Source of the DNA: Bacteroidota bacterium
GTDB taxonomy: Bacteria > Bacteroidota > Bacteroidia > Bacteroidales > Bacteroidaceae
Assembly (NCBI GenBank): GCA_023425865.1
Contig: JAFABV010000054.1
Span: 36,337-100,336, forward strand
Length of the DNA stretch: 64,000 nucleotides
Direction of reading: 5' to 3'
The position numbers were made by a program, and so were the translations under genes. A model generated the notes under the pieces. It searched no databases, had not been told where the DNA came from, and worked only from the letters and a program-made list of their open reading frames with translations. Every line of letters begins with the position of its first letter. The stretch's first letter is position 1. Of the stretch, positions 52,765 through 62,258 are shown piece by piece.

Positions 52765-55700
52765 TTGACAAGAATCTTTTTCACGCCCTGGGCGGTGCGT
52801 ACAATGTAGATGCCTTTTTGGGTAATGTGGTCTACCCGACGGCCGCTGAGGTCGTAGATGGCGGGTTGGCGGGTTTGTGGGGTGGTTGGTTGGTGGGTTG
52901 ATGGGGTGGTGATGCCCGTGGCCACGGTACGATAGAAGAACACGTTGTCGAACTGCAGCTGGGTGCCCTGCTTGCCGCCGCTGAGCACGGCGAAGACGTT
53001 ACCGAGGTAAGCCTTGGGGCTGTCGAAGACCGTGGTGGCCCTGCTGCGGATCTCAGAGAAGGGAATGTCGATGTTGTACCACTGTCCGTCGCGCGGATAG
53101 TCGGCCAGGGCAGGCGTGATGTTGCCGTTGTCGTTGTAGCCTGTGGGTCCGATGGCAAACTTGGCGTTGCCCACGGTGACGAGGTGTGTCTCTGTGCCCG
53201 TGCCGGCCATGGCAAAGTGCAGGTAGTAGGTGTCGTCGAGCATCGAGAGGTCTTTGCCCTTGCCCTGCGAGGCATAGCCTAAGCCCGACCATCCGGCGGC
53301 GCCTACGGTGTAGACGGTGTAGCCCTCCTCATAACCGAACGAGTTTTTGCCCGTGTGGCCTTCGGCCGTGTAGGTGCCGTCCCAAACGTAGAGGTAATGG
53401 TTGACGTCGTCGACGTTATAGTCGGCCTTGATGTTGCCGTTGAAACCCTCGGTCACACCGCCGCTGGTGCCGATGAGCACCACGTCGCGGGCATTGGCGA
53501 TGTCGAAGGTGGCGCTGCCCTGGGTGTCGATAGCCTTGGTAACGTAGGAAGGCAGTACGACAGGCTCTGTTGCCAACTTCTTGGTGTAGAAGAACACATT
53601 GTCGAAGTTGACCTCGGCACCCTTGATATTGGTGGTGCTCACGGCAAAGACGTTGCCTATGAAGTTGGACGCGCCGTCGAAGAGCGTGCCGCCGGCCAGC
53701 TGTCGCAGCTTGGCCACGGGGATGTCGAAGTTGTACCACTCGCCGTCGCGACGGTAGTCGCCGAGGATGGGCGCGCCCGACGTGGCGTTGCCGATGACAA
53801 ATACGGCGTTGCCCACGGTGATGGTCTGTGAGGGGTGGGTGAGCACGTCGCTACCCTTCATGGCGAAGTGCAGGTAGTAGGTGTCGTCAAGCATCGAGAG
53901 GTCTTTGCCCTTGTCTTTTGAGGCATAGCCGGCGCCGTTCCACGTAGAGGCGCCCGTGACCTGCAGGCGGGTCCAACTCTCAGTCCAGCCCAAGGAGTTG
54001 GTGCCGTCGGAGGGCATGCCGGTGTAGTCGCCACCATCCCATACCCAGAAGAAATTGGTCTGCTCGTCTACGTTGTAGTTTTTCTGCGTCACGCCACTCA
54101 GTGCCTCGGTGACACCGGCACTGGTGCCGATGAGCACCACGTTGTCGGCATCGTCGAAATTGAAGGTGTGACTGCCGTTGGTCACCGCCTGTGAGGCATA
54201 GCCGCCGATGACGGTGGCGTTGTCGGTAGAGGGCAGCGCCTTGCTGATGGTGGGGTTCTTGTAGAAAAACACGTTGTCGAACTGCAGGTCGGTGCCTTGC
54301 TTGCCACCGCTCAGTAAGGCAAAGACGTTGCCCACGTAAGCCGAGGGGCCACCATCGGTGGTGAAGAGGTCGCCACCCGCCAATGACTTGAGCACGGTGA
54401 CGGGAATGTCGAAGCTGCTCCAGCTGCCGTCGCGGCGGAAGTCGCCCAGTACGGGTGCGCCATCGACGGAAGTAGTGCCCAAGGAGAATTTGGCATTGCC
54501 CACGATGACTTGGTGGGAAGCGTGCGCGTCGGCATCGGTGCCACGCATGGCGAAATGGAGAATATAGTCGTCGTTGATCATTGAGAGGTCTTTGCCGTTG
54601 CCGGCCGAGGAGGCATATCCGAGCCCTGACCATCCCACGCTATTCACGATGAAATGGCTGTAATTCTCTTCAAAGCCGAAAGAGTTGACACCGTCTGAGG
54701 GCATGGCCGAGTAAGTGTCGCTCCAGATGTAGAGGAAGTTTTTCTGCTCATCGACGTTGTAATTGGCCACGGTGGTGGCAGAGAACGCATCGGTGACGCC
54801 GCCGCTGGTGCCAATGAGCACGGCGTCGGTGGAATGGGCGAAATCGAAGGTACTCTGTCCGTTGTCATCGAGCGCGGCACGGCCATAGTAACCGTATTCG
54901 GTCAGCGTGTCGTTGGGCTGGATGGTGGGGTCGGTGGGTGTAACGGGGAGATTGCTGCCTTCGGGCGTGATATATTGCGCGTCGGTATCGCTTTCGCTCT
55001 GGTACACGCGTACCCAGTCGACATACATCTTGGCCTCGTCGCCGGCATTGGGCAGGGCGGTGATGCCCGCGGGCGAGTAGATATTGGTGAACGAGCCGCC
55101 CACGGCGAGGTTGAAGATGAGGAAGAACGGCTTCTGGAAATAAGTGCCCGGCGAGTTGACGTCGGTAGAGGCGGAGATGTTCGTGGAGAAATAACGGGCC
55201 TGACGCTTCTGGGCAGCAGAGAACCCTTTGAGGTCATAATACATGTAAAGGTTATTATTATCCCATTCCACCGTGATGATGTGGTAGTCGCCATTAGCCA
55301 CCTTATTGCTGTCGGGGGCGGTATAGTCTTGACTGATCATCTGGTGGTCTTCGTTGGAAGCACTCTTGCCGAAGTGCAGTGTTCCGGCGAAATAGCTGTC
55401 TTGCGTACCGTTGGCGATGCCGTTGAAATGCCCCATTTCAACGATGTCGATCTCGCCACAGCGGGGCCATCCCACCTGACTGTAATCGTTTCCCATCATC
55501 CAGTAAGCGGGCCAAAGACCATTAGATGTCTTGGGCATCTTGATGCGGGCCTGGATGATGCCATGCTTGAAGGCCGCCTTCTGACGGCTGTTGATGCGCC
55601 CGGAGGTGAAACTGCGGTTGCTGTAATTCTCGCGGCGGGCGGTAAGCACGAGGTTGCCGTCGGCTACAGACACGTTGTCACGGCGGTAGAACTGCAACTC

Positions 55701-55883
55701 CTGGTTGCCGCCACCGTCGCCGTTGACCTCGATATTCCATGCCTTCTCGTCGAGCTGGGTGCCGTTAAACTCGTCGCTCCACACCATCTTGTATCCTGTA
55801 GGCATGTCGGTGACTTGGGCTGAAATAAGGGTGGGCACTGCCGACAGGAGGGCTATGCTGAGTAATGTTGATGGTTTGATCAT
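52761..55883 (-). CDS. GH16 laminarinase-type beta-glucanase + three ~210-aa tandem repeats of an unassigned module + PT linker + T9SS C-terminal domain
   Basis: Start chosen at MIKPSTLLSIALLSAVPTLISAQ (the track ORF starts at 55922). GH16 motifs MVWSDEFNG and GEIDIVEM. C-terminus PAIYDLSGRRVDHITQKGIYIVRTAQGVKKILVK. Confidence 0.9.
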   Translation of the reverse strand: MIKPSTLLSIALLSAVPTLISAQVTDMPTGYKMVWSDEFNGTQLDEKAWNIEVNGDGGGNQELQFYRRDNVSVADGNLVLTARRENYSNRSFTSGRINSRQKAAFKHGIIQARIKMPKTSNGLWPAYWMMGNDYSQVGWPRCGEIDIVEMGHFNGIANGTQDSYFAGTLHFGKSASNEDHQMISQDYTAPDSNKVANGDYHIITVEWDNNNLYMYYDLKGFSAAQKRQARYFSTNISASTDVNSPGTYFQKPFFLIFNLAVGGSFTNIYSPAGITALPNAGDEAKMYVDWVRVYQSESDTDAQYITPEGSNLPVTPTDPTIQPNDTLTEYGYYGRAALDDNGQSTFDFAHSTDAVLIGTSGGVTDAFSATTVANYNVDEQKNFLYIWSDTYSAMPSDGVNSFGFEENYSHFIVNSVGWSGLGYASSAGNGKDLSMINDDYILHFAMRGTDADAHASHQVIVGNAKFSLGTTSVDGAPVLGDFRRDGSWSSFDIPVTVLKSLAGGDLFTTDGGPSAYVGNVFALLSGGKQGTDLQFDNVFFYKNPTISKALPSTDNATVIGGYASQAVTNGSHTFNFDDADNVVLIGTSAGVTEALSGVTQKNYNVDEQTNFFWVWDGGDYTGMPSDGTNSLGWTESWTRLQVTGASTWNGAGYASKDKGKDLSMLDDTYYLHFAMKGSDVLTHPSQTITVGNAVFVIGNATSGAPILGDYRRDGEWYNFDIPVAKLRQLAGGTLFDGASNFIGNVFAVSTTNIKGAEVNFDNVFFYTKKLATEPVVLPSYVTKAIDTQGSATFDIANARDVVLIGTSGGVTEGFNGNIKADYNVDDVNHYLYVWDGTYTAEGHTGKNSFGYEEGYTVYTVGAAGWSGLGYASQGKGKDLSMLDDTYYLHFAMAGTGTETHLVTVGNAKFAIGPTGYNDNGNITPALADYPRDGQWYNIDIPFSEIRSRATTVFDSPKAYLGNVFAVLSGGKQGTQLQFDNVFFYRTVATGITTPSTHQPTTPQTRQPAIYDLSGRRVDHITQKGIYIVRTAQGVKKILVK

Positions 55884-55908
55884 GCGTATGGGGGTTGATG
55901 TAAGGTGG

Positions 55909-56898
55909 TTATTGTATCGCAATCTTCTTCACGCCGGTAGAGGTCTTGACTACATAGATGCCACGCGGCAGGGAGGAGGTGTTCACTTGGCGGCCACTGA
56001 GGTCGTAGATGACGGGTTGGTGGGTTGGTGTGGTGGTGGGTTGGCTTGTTGGTATATCGGTGATGCCGTTTGACTCTTTCTCATAAAACCAGATGCCGTC
56101 GACGCTCATGGCCGAGCCTAACTTGGTGATGGTGTAGGTCTTTACGGTGTTGCCCGGTTCGAGAACACCAGTGGCCACCGACACTTCGGGCTTGGCGAAG
56201 GAGAGTTGCACGGCGGCTTCGGTCACGGGGAACGGCGAGGAAAAGTCGTAGGTGAAGCCATAATTGCCGCTTTCATCGACAAGATCTTTCACCGGAACCT
56301 CCAAATAATACCATTCGCCGTCGTGCCCCATGTTGCCCACGCCCACGTAGTTGCCATCGGTCTGGCCAATGGCGAGATTGGTTTCTAACTGGAAGCCATT
56401 GGAGGCGATGTTCTTGACGCGGCCTACGTCAATCTTGAATTTAGGGGCTACGGTGCCGAAATCGCGTAGCCCGATGTGCAAAATCATATTGTCGTTGACC
56501 TTGCTGAGGTCGTATTGCCAGCTGCCTTTGGCGGAGAAGCTGCCACCGCCCCACTCGTAGAGCGGAGTCATATTGATGTACGACGTGCCACCTAAGGAGT
56601 TTTTTCCCTCGGGTTCATCGACAGTGGTAAGCACCAGCGAGGTCTTGTCCCAGTCGGTGGTCCAATAGTAGAACTGGTTGTTGACCATGTTGGGATCGAG
56701 GTTGTTGTTGCTGATGATCTTGCTGCCCATGGCCGTTACCGCCTCGTCGGGGGCGTAGAGCACGACAAAGTTTTTGGCGGCGTTAAAGTCAAACGGGGTA
56801 TTTGCCTTGGTGAGATAGCTGTCTTGTGCCGATGCCCCTGCCGCTGACAGCAGGCTGATGGCAGCGATGGCAGCCGAAAGAAGGGTAGAGTTGCTCAT
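55909..56898 (-). CDS. Secreted protein with a single copy of a module related to the GH16 repeats, PT linker and T9SS C-terminal domain
   Basis: 329-aa ORF, signal peptide …SAAGASAQ. C-terminus PTSQPTTTPTHQPVIYDLSGRQVNTSSLPRGIYVVKTSTGVKKIAIQ. Confidence 0.8.
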   Translation of the reverse strand: MSNSTLLSAAIAAISLLSAAGASAQDSYLTKANTPFDFNAAKNFVVLYAPDEAVTAMGSKIISNNNLDPNMVNNQFYYWTTDWDKTSLVLTTVDEPEGKNSLGGTSYINMTPLYEWGGGSFSAKGSWQYDLSKVNDNMILHIGLRDFGTVAPKFKIDVGRVKNIASNGFQLETNLAIGQTDGNYVGVGNMGHDGEWYYLEVPVKDLVDESGNYGFTYDFSSPFPVTEAAVQLSFAKPEVSVATGVLEPGNTVKTYTITKLGSAMSVDGIWFYEKESNGITDIPTSQPTTTPTHQPVIYDLSGRQVNTSSLPRGIYVVKTSTGVKKIAIQ

Positions 56899-57304
56899 GT
56901 TGCGTTAGGTTTGAAAAGTTATAAAATAGATTTGATGCGTGAGGAGCTGTGTGCTTAGCGCACAACTCCCGCCGCAGGGCTTGTGGCAAAAATAGCAATT
57001 AAAGAGATACAGCTTGAGGCAATATGGATGAAAAGTGGCTTTATTGGTGGGTGTCGGATGGCGGAAGGTGTTGATAATTAAAATGTTGTCTGTTTTGGGA
57101 GAATAGAAAAAAGTGGATGCTTGAAAATGCTGCCATCACCCTATGTCATACCCCCATACCCTTAGACAGTATTCCACTTTTATTTCATTTTTAACGGTAA
57201 CGTAATATCTGTAACTGTTTGTTAATAAGGATGCTGCGCGGATTGACGCTTCGTAGTCGTCCACTTTTTTATCCTATGGCGGGAGGATGAAAGGTTTTTT
57301 TATA

Positions 57305-57312
57305 TACATTTG
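57305..57312 (+). promoter_or_regulatory. Candidate -7 box TACATTTG upstream of the beta-glucan-locus SusC
   Basis: Consensus TAnnTTTG match 120 nt upstream of the ATG at 57432. No clear -33 element. Confidence 0.25.
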
Positions 57313-57431
57313 CATTTAGAAAGTTGACCGGCTGATGCTAAAGAATATGAAACTAATACGAAGCAGCAACCTCACAATCTAAAGCAAATAGGAACATCTT
57401 TTAATTTTAACAACCTAATTTATTATAACCT

Positions 57432-60400
57432 ATGCAACAGAAAAGATTCATAACTCTGGTTTTGGCTCTGTTGGTTGCCATTGTCATCCATGCCCAAGGA
57501 CAGACGTTCACAGGTACGGTGACCGATGGAAACGGAGAGCCTATCATTGGTGTTTCGGTAGTGGAAAAGGGAACCTCGCGTGGGGTCGTGACCGACCTTG
57601 ACGGTAATTTCTCATTCCAAGGCAACAAGGGCGCCACATTGGTGTTCTCTTATGTGGGCTATCTCACCCAGGAATTGCCCGGCGCGCAGAATATGCGTGT
57701 GGTGCTCAAAGACAATCAAGAACTGCTCAACGAAGTGGTGGTCATCGGTTATGGCGTGCAGAAAAAGAGCGTCGTGACGGCCAGTATCGCCAAGGTGAGT
57801 GCTGACGACCTTGCCGGCACCAACCCCGTGCGTATGGACAACGCCCTGAAAGGCCTTGCCGCCGGCGTGAATGTGACCTCTGCCTCTGGTCAGCCAGGCT
57901 CTGCCGCGCGTATACGCGTGCGCGGTACGGGTACCATTAATAACTCCGACCCGCTCTATATCGTTGACGGCATGCCCATCGAGGGTGGCCTCGACTATGT
58001 GAATCCGACCGACATTGAGAGCATCGAGGTGCTGAAAGACGCTGCCTCGGGTGCCATCTACGGTGCCCGCGCCGCCAATGGCGTGATACTCGTGACCACC
58101 AAAAAGGGTAAGGTGGGAAAGACCAAGGTAGACTACAACTTCTCTTACGGCTGGCAGAGCAAGTGGCGTAAGCGCGACGTGCTCAGTGCAACAGACTACG
58201 CCATCCTGCAAAACGAGCAGTATATCAACTCGGGTCAAGCACCCCTCTATGCTGACCCATATTCGCTGGGTACGGGCACCGACTGGCAAGACCTGGTGTT
58301 CAACGACAACGCGCCGGTGATGAACAACGAGCTGTCGGTGAGCGGGGCCAGTGAGAAGGTGAACTATTACCTCTCGATGGGCTACTACACCCAGGACGGT
58401 ATCGTGGGTGGTAACTACGGACAGTCGAACTATGAGCGTATGTCGCTGCGCAGCAACACCAAGTACAACCTCTTCGACGCCACCAAGGAACGTAACTGGC
58501 TGAACAAGCTCGACCTGAACGTCAACCTGTCGTATGCCCGTATCAAGAGTTCGGGACTGGCTGTGAACTCACAGTGGGGCTCTGCCCTTGGCTCGGCCCT
58601 GACCCTCTCGCCTGCACTCACCCCGACCGTATCGGGCGATGCCGCGACCGCACAGAATGGCACGTATACTTACACCGATAAGGACGGAAAAAAACAATAT
58701 TATGAGCCTCTCTACTGGAACGGAGAAGTGCTGATGATTCCAGGCACCTCATACAATGAGATCAACAACCCCCTCTCACTCATGGTATTGCCCGCCACAA
58801 AATATTGGAGCCACAAGTTTGTGACCAACTTCGCCGCCGAGCTCAACATCTGGGATGCGCTGAAGTATCGCTTCTCTTACAGTGCCGACCTCTCATTCTG
58901 GGGCAACGACGCCAGCACGCCGCAGACCTACTACCGCTCAGCCAACAACCAGGCGCAGTACACCAGTGCCTCGTCGGACAGCGAGCGCGGCACGGTATGG
59001 CAGGTGGAGAACACACTGAGCTACGACAAGACCTTGGGTGACCACCACTTTGCCGTAGTGCTCGGACAGAGCGCGTTCCGCAACACCAGCTATGGGCTGA
59101 GCGGCAACCGCGACTATCTCATCAATGCCGACAAGCCATCGATCAACTATGCCACCGGTGACTATCACCTCTCTTATCAGCGTGACAGTAATGGTAACAT
59201 CGTCTATGCCACCGATGCCAACGGTAACCTCGTACCCATCGTGACCGGTGCCGTGGTAGAACACGGCGTGAGCGGATGGGTGGGTAGCCCGCACTCTATG
59301 TCGTCACTCTTCTTCCGTGGCAGCTATGACTATGCCGAGCGCTACATGGCACAGGTGACGGTGCGTCGTGACGGCTCCAGCCGCTTCGGCACCAACCATA
59401 AATACGGTACCTTCCCCTCGTTCTCGTTAGGATGGAACATTGCCAATGAGCCTTACATGAAGATGCCCGAGTGGTTTAATGGCCTCAAAGCACGCTTCAG
59501 CTGGGGTAAGAACGGTAACGACAACATCGGAGATTTCCGCTACACCGTGCTCACGGCCACTGGCAACAACTACTACTTTGGCAAGAACTCCACCCTCGCC
59601 CAGGGCTCAAAGGCCAACGGACTGGCCAACCCCGACCTGAAGTGGGAAGAGAGTGAACAGACCGACTTCGGACTCGACTTTGCCTTCTTCAACAGCGCGC
59701 TGACCTTCACGGTCGACTATTTCAAGAAGAAAACCAACGGCATGCTGATGACCATGAGCATCCCCTCGTATGTGGGTGAGGCCAAGCCCATCGGCAACGT
59801 GGGTGACATGGAGAACTCGGGTCTGGAGTTTGAGCTGGGTTACAAGTGGAACGTGGCCGACGCGAGGTTTGCCGTCAAGGGCAATGCCTCGTACTTGAAG
59901 AACAAGCTCTTGCAGTATGGCAACGACACCGGTTATGCCAACCTCGACTCTTTCCAGGGCGTGGGAACTATCACCCGTGCCGAGAACGGCCATCCCTTCC
60001 CCTTCTTCTATGGTTACAAGACAGCCGGCATCTTCCAGAATGCCGATGAGGTGCAGGCATACCGCAATGCCGACGGCGGACTGATACAGCCCAATGCCGT
60101 TCCCGGCGACGTGCGCTTCGTGGATGTCAACGGTGACGGTAAGATTTCTGCCGACGATGAGACCGACATCGGTAACGGTACACCGAAGTGGACCTTCGGT
60201 CTGAACTTCAACGCCCAGTGGAAAGGTTTCGACTTCAACATGTTCTGGCAGGGCGTGGCTGATGTGGACGTGTTCGACGCCACCCACCGCACCGATATTG
60301 CCTCAAGCAACTACCCCTCATGGATGCTGGCTCGCTGGACCGGCGAGGGCACAAGCAACAAATATCCCCGCCTGAAGAACGGCGACGCCACCAACTGGCA

Positions 60401-60662
60401 GAGCAGCGACCTCTACATCTACGACGGTGCTTACCTGCGCCTGAAGAATGTGTCGCTGGGTTACACGCTGCCGCAGCAGCTGACGCGCAAGTTCTTCATC
60501 GACCGGCTCCGCCTCTACGTGATGGCCGAGAACCTGTTCACCTTCACCAAGTACCATGGTTTCGATCCTGAAATCTCGTCGGGCGGCACTTCACTGGGTG
60601 TAGACTACGGCGTATATCCCCAGGCACGCACATGGACCGTGGGATTCAACCTTTCGTTCTAA
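57432..60662 (+). CDS. SusC-like TonB-dependent transporter
   Basis: 1076-aa ORF. FTGTVTDGNGEPIIGVSVVEKGTSRGVVTDLDGNFSF, VVVIGYGVQKKSVVTAS, C-terminal …VGFNLSF. Confidence 0.95.
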   Translation: MQQKRFITLVLALLVAIVIHAQGQTFTGTVTDGNGEPIIGVSVVEKGTSRGVVTDLDGNFSFQGNKGATLVFSYVGYLTQELPGAQNMRVVLKDNQELLNEVVVIGYGVQKKSVVTASIAKVSADDLAGTNPVRMDNALKGLAAGVNVTSASGQPGSAARIRVRGTGTINNSDPLYIVDGMPIEGGLDYVNPTDIESIEVLKDAASGAIYGARAANGVILVTTKKGKVGKTKVDYNFSYGWQSKWRKRDVLSATDYAILQNEQYINSGQAPLYADPYSLGTGTDWQDLVFNDNAPVMNNELSVSGASEKVNYYLSMGYYTQDGIVGGNYGQSNYERMSLRSNTKYNLFDATKERNWLNKLDLNVNLSYARIKSSGLAVNSQWGSALGSALTLSPALTPTVSGDAATAQNGTYTYTDKDGKKQYYEPLYWNGEVLMIPGTSYNEINNPLSLMVLPATKYWSHKFVTNFAAELNIWDALKYRFSYSADLSFWGNDASTPQTYYRSANNQAQYTSASSDSERGTVWQVENTLSYDKTLGDHHFAVVLGQSAFRNTSYGLSGNRDYLINADKPSINYATGDYHLSYQRDSNGNIVYATDANGNLVPIVTGAVVEHGVSGWVGSPHSMSSLFFRGSYDYAERYMAQVTVRRDGSSRFGTNHKYGTFPSFSLGWNIANEPYMKMPEWFNGLKARFSWGKNGNDNIGDFRYTVLTATGNNYYFGKNSTLAQGSKANGLANPDLKWEESEQTDFGLDFAFFNSALTFTVDYFKKKTNGMLMTMSIPSYVGEAKPIGNVGDMENSGLEFELGYKWNVADARFAVKGNASYLKNKLLQYGNDTGYANLDSFQGVGTITRAENGHPFPFFYGYKTAGIFQNADEVQAYRNADGGLIQPNAVPGDVRFVDVNGDGKISADDETDIGNGTPKWTFGLNFNAQWKGFDFNMFWQGVADVDVFDATHRTDIASSNYPSWMLARWTGEGTSNKYPRLKNGDATNWQSSDLYIYDGAYLRLKNVSLGYTLPQQLTRKFFIDRLRLYVMAENLFTFTKYHGFDPEISSGGTSLGVDYGVYPQARTWTVGFNLSF

Positions 60663-60677
60663 CCATCCTAAAAGCAA

Positions 60678-62231
60678 ATGACAATTATGAAAACAAAGAA
60701 TATATTGGTATTGGGACTGATGGCCATGGCTACGGTGGCACTGACCGGCTGTAGCGATAGCTTCCTGGAGGAAGAGAACCCATCGGCAGACCCTGTTGAC
60801 GAATACTACCTCACCGACGCCCACCTGCAGGAGGCCGTGGTGGCAGCCTACGACCCACTGCACTGGCCCGACTGGGGAAACGGCGGCTACAATCCCATCA
60901 ACATCAGTTCGGACATCATGGCCGACGATATCAACGTGGGTGGCGCTACGGCGTCTGATAACCTCTTCTGGCAGCTCATGGCCAACTACTCGGCCAACTC
61001 CAACAACACGCTGGCCGCGCTGTGGGTAGACGAGTATAGCGGCGTGAAGCGTTGTAACGACGTCATAGCCTACGTGGCCAACGCACAGGCCTCTGGCAAG
61101 AGCGACGTGACCGAGGCCAAGGCACTGGATTACACCACCCAGGCACGGGTACTGAGGGCCTATTACTACATGAACCTGTGGAAGTTCTGGGGTAACATCC
61201 CATTCTTCACCACCAACCTCACGGGCAACTACCTGGCACCGCAGCTGCCGGCCGACGAGGTGTATGCCAACGTCATCACCGATCTGGAGGAGGCCATGAC
61301 CAGCAGCACACTGGCGATGAAGGCCGCTGATGCCACCGAGGGCCGCGTGACCAAGGCCTTTGCCTACATGGTGTATGCCGAGATGGTGATGTATCAGAAC
61401 GACAAAGACCGCTACGCCAAGGCGTTGGGCTATATGAACGAAATCATCAGCAGCGGACAGTATGCCCTGCTGGCCGATTATAAGGCGCTGTGGGAGGAGG
61501 CCAACGAGTGGTGCCCGGAAAGCATTTACGAGATTAACTACAACGACGATAACCATGCCCGTGGCTGGAGCAACTCGCTGGGCGTGGGTGGCACGGTGTT
61601 GCCCCGACTGCTGGGTCCGCGCGGCTGGACATCGGGCAAGGACGGTGTGGACACGGGTTGGAGCTTCGGCCCTGTGCGCAAGGAGTGCTACGATATGTTT
61701 GCCGCCAACGACGCGCGCCGTGACGCCACGGCATGGGATGCCAATGCTGCGGCTGCCGCCAACGGTTTTGATTATGAGCACGCTTGGCAAGACACCGGCT
61801 ATTTCCTCTACAAATACCTGCCACGTCCGGAGAACAACAAGGATGCCGGATGGGATGTGGACCTGAACTTCAACAACAACTTGCGCGTGTACCGCTATTC
61901 AGAGGTATTGCTCAACGCTGCCGAGCTGTTGCTTCGCACCGGTGGTGATGCCGCTACGGCTGCCAAGTATGTGAACATGGTACGCAAGCGCGCCGGTATC
62001 AGCGACCTGGGCAGCGTGACCGTCGACGACGTGATCAACGAGCGTCACCTGGAGTTTGTGGGCGAAGGCAAGCGCTACTGGGACCTCGTGCGCACCGGAA
62101 AGGCTGCCACCACCCTCGTGGCCAACACCGCCGCCAACCGCACCAACAGCTGGACCGAGAGCAAAAAGTATCTGCCCATTCCGCAGAACGAGCTGAGCTC
62201 AGACCCCAATCTCGTGCAAAACAACTATTGA
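60678..62231 (+). CDS. SusD/RagB-family lipoprotein
   Basis: 517-aa ORF, lipobox ALTGC, …ERHLEFVGEGKRYWDLVR… motif. Confidence 0.95.
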   Translation: MTIMKTKNILVLGLMAMATVALTGCSDSFLEEENPSADPVDEYYLTDAHLQEAVVAAYDPLHWPDWGNGGYNPINISSDIMADDINVGGATASDNLFWQLMANYSANSNNTLAALWVDEYSGVKRCNDVIAYVANAQASGKSDVTEAKALDYTTQARVLRAYYYMNLWKFWGNIPFFTTNLTGNYLAPQLPADEVYANVITDLEEAMTSSTLAMKAADATEGRVTKAFAYMVYAEMVMYQNDKDRYAKALGYMNEIISSGQYALLADYKALWEEANEWCPESIYEINYNDDNHARGWSNSLGVGGTVLPRLLGPRGWTSGKDGVDTGWSFGPVRKECYDMFAANDARRDATAWDANAAAAANGFDYEHAWQDTGYFLYKYLPRPENNKDAGWDVDLNFNNNLRVYRYSEVLLNAAELLLRTGGDAATAAKYVNMVRKRAGISDLGSVTVDDVINERHLEFVGEGKRYWDLVRTGKAATTLVANTAANRTNSWTESKKYLPIPQNELSSDPNLVQNNY

Positions 62232-62258
62232 TCTATCCACCTACAAAGCATTTGAACA

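Noticed and set aside
55884-55922. Upstream extension of the GH16 ORF overlapping the preceding gene by 14 nt
   Set aside because: The ATG at 55883 starts a textbook signal peptide (MIKPSTLLSIALLSAVPTLISAQ). The 13 extra residues look non-functional.
60591-61790. 399-aa minus-strand ORF
   Set aside because: Antisense to the end of SusC and most of SusD, with a low-information His/Val/Gly/Arg-rich translation.
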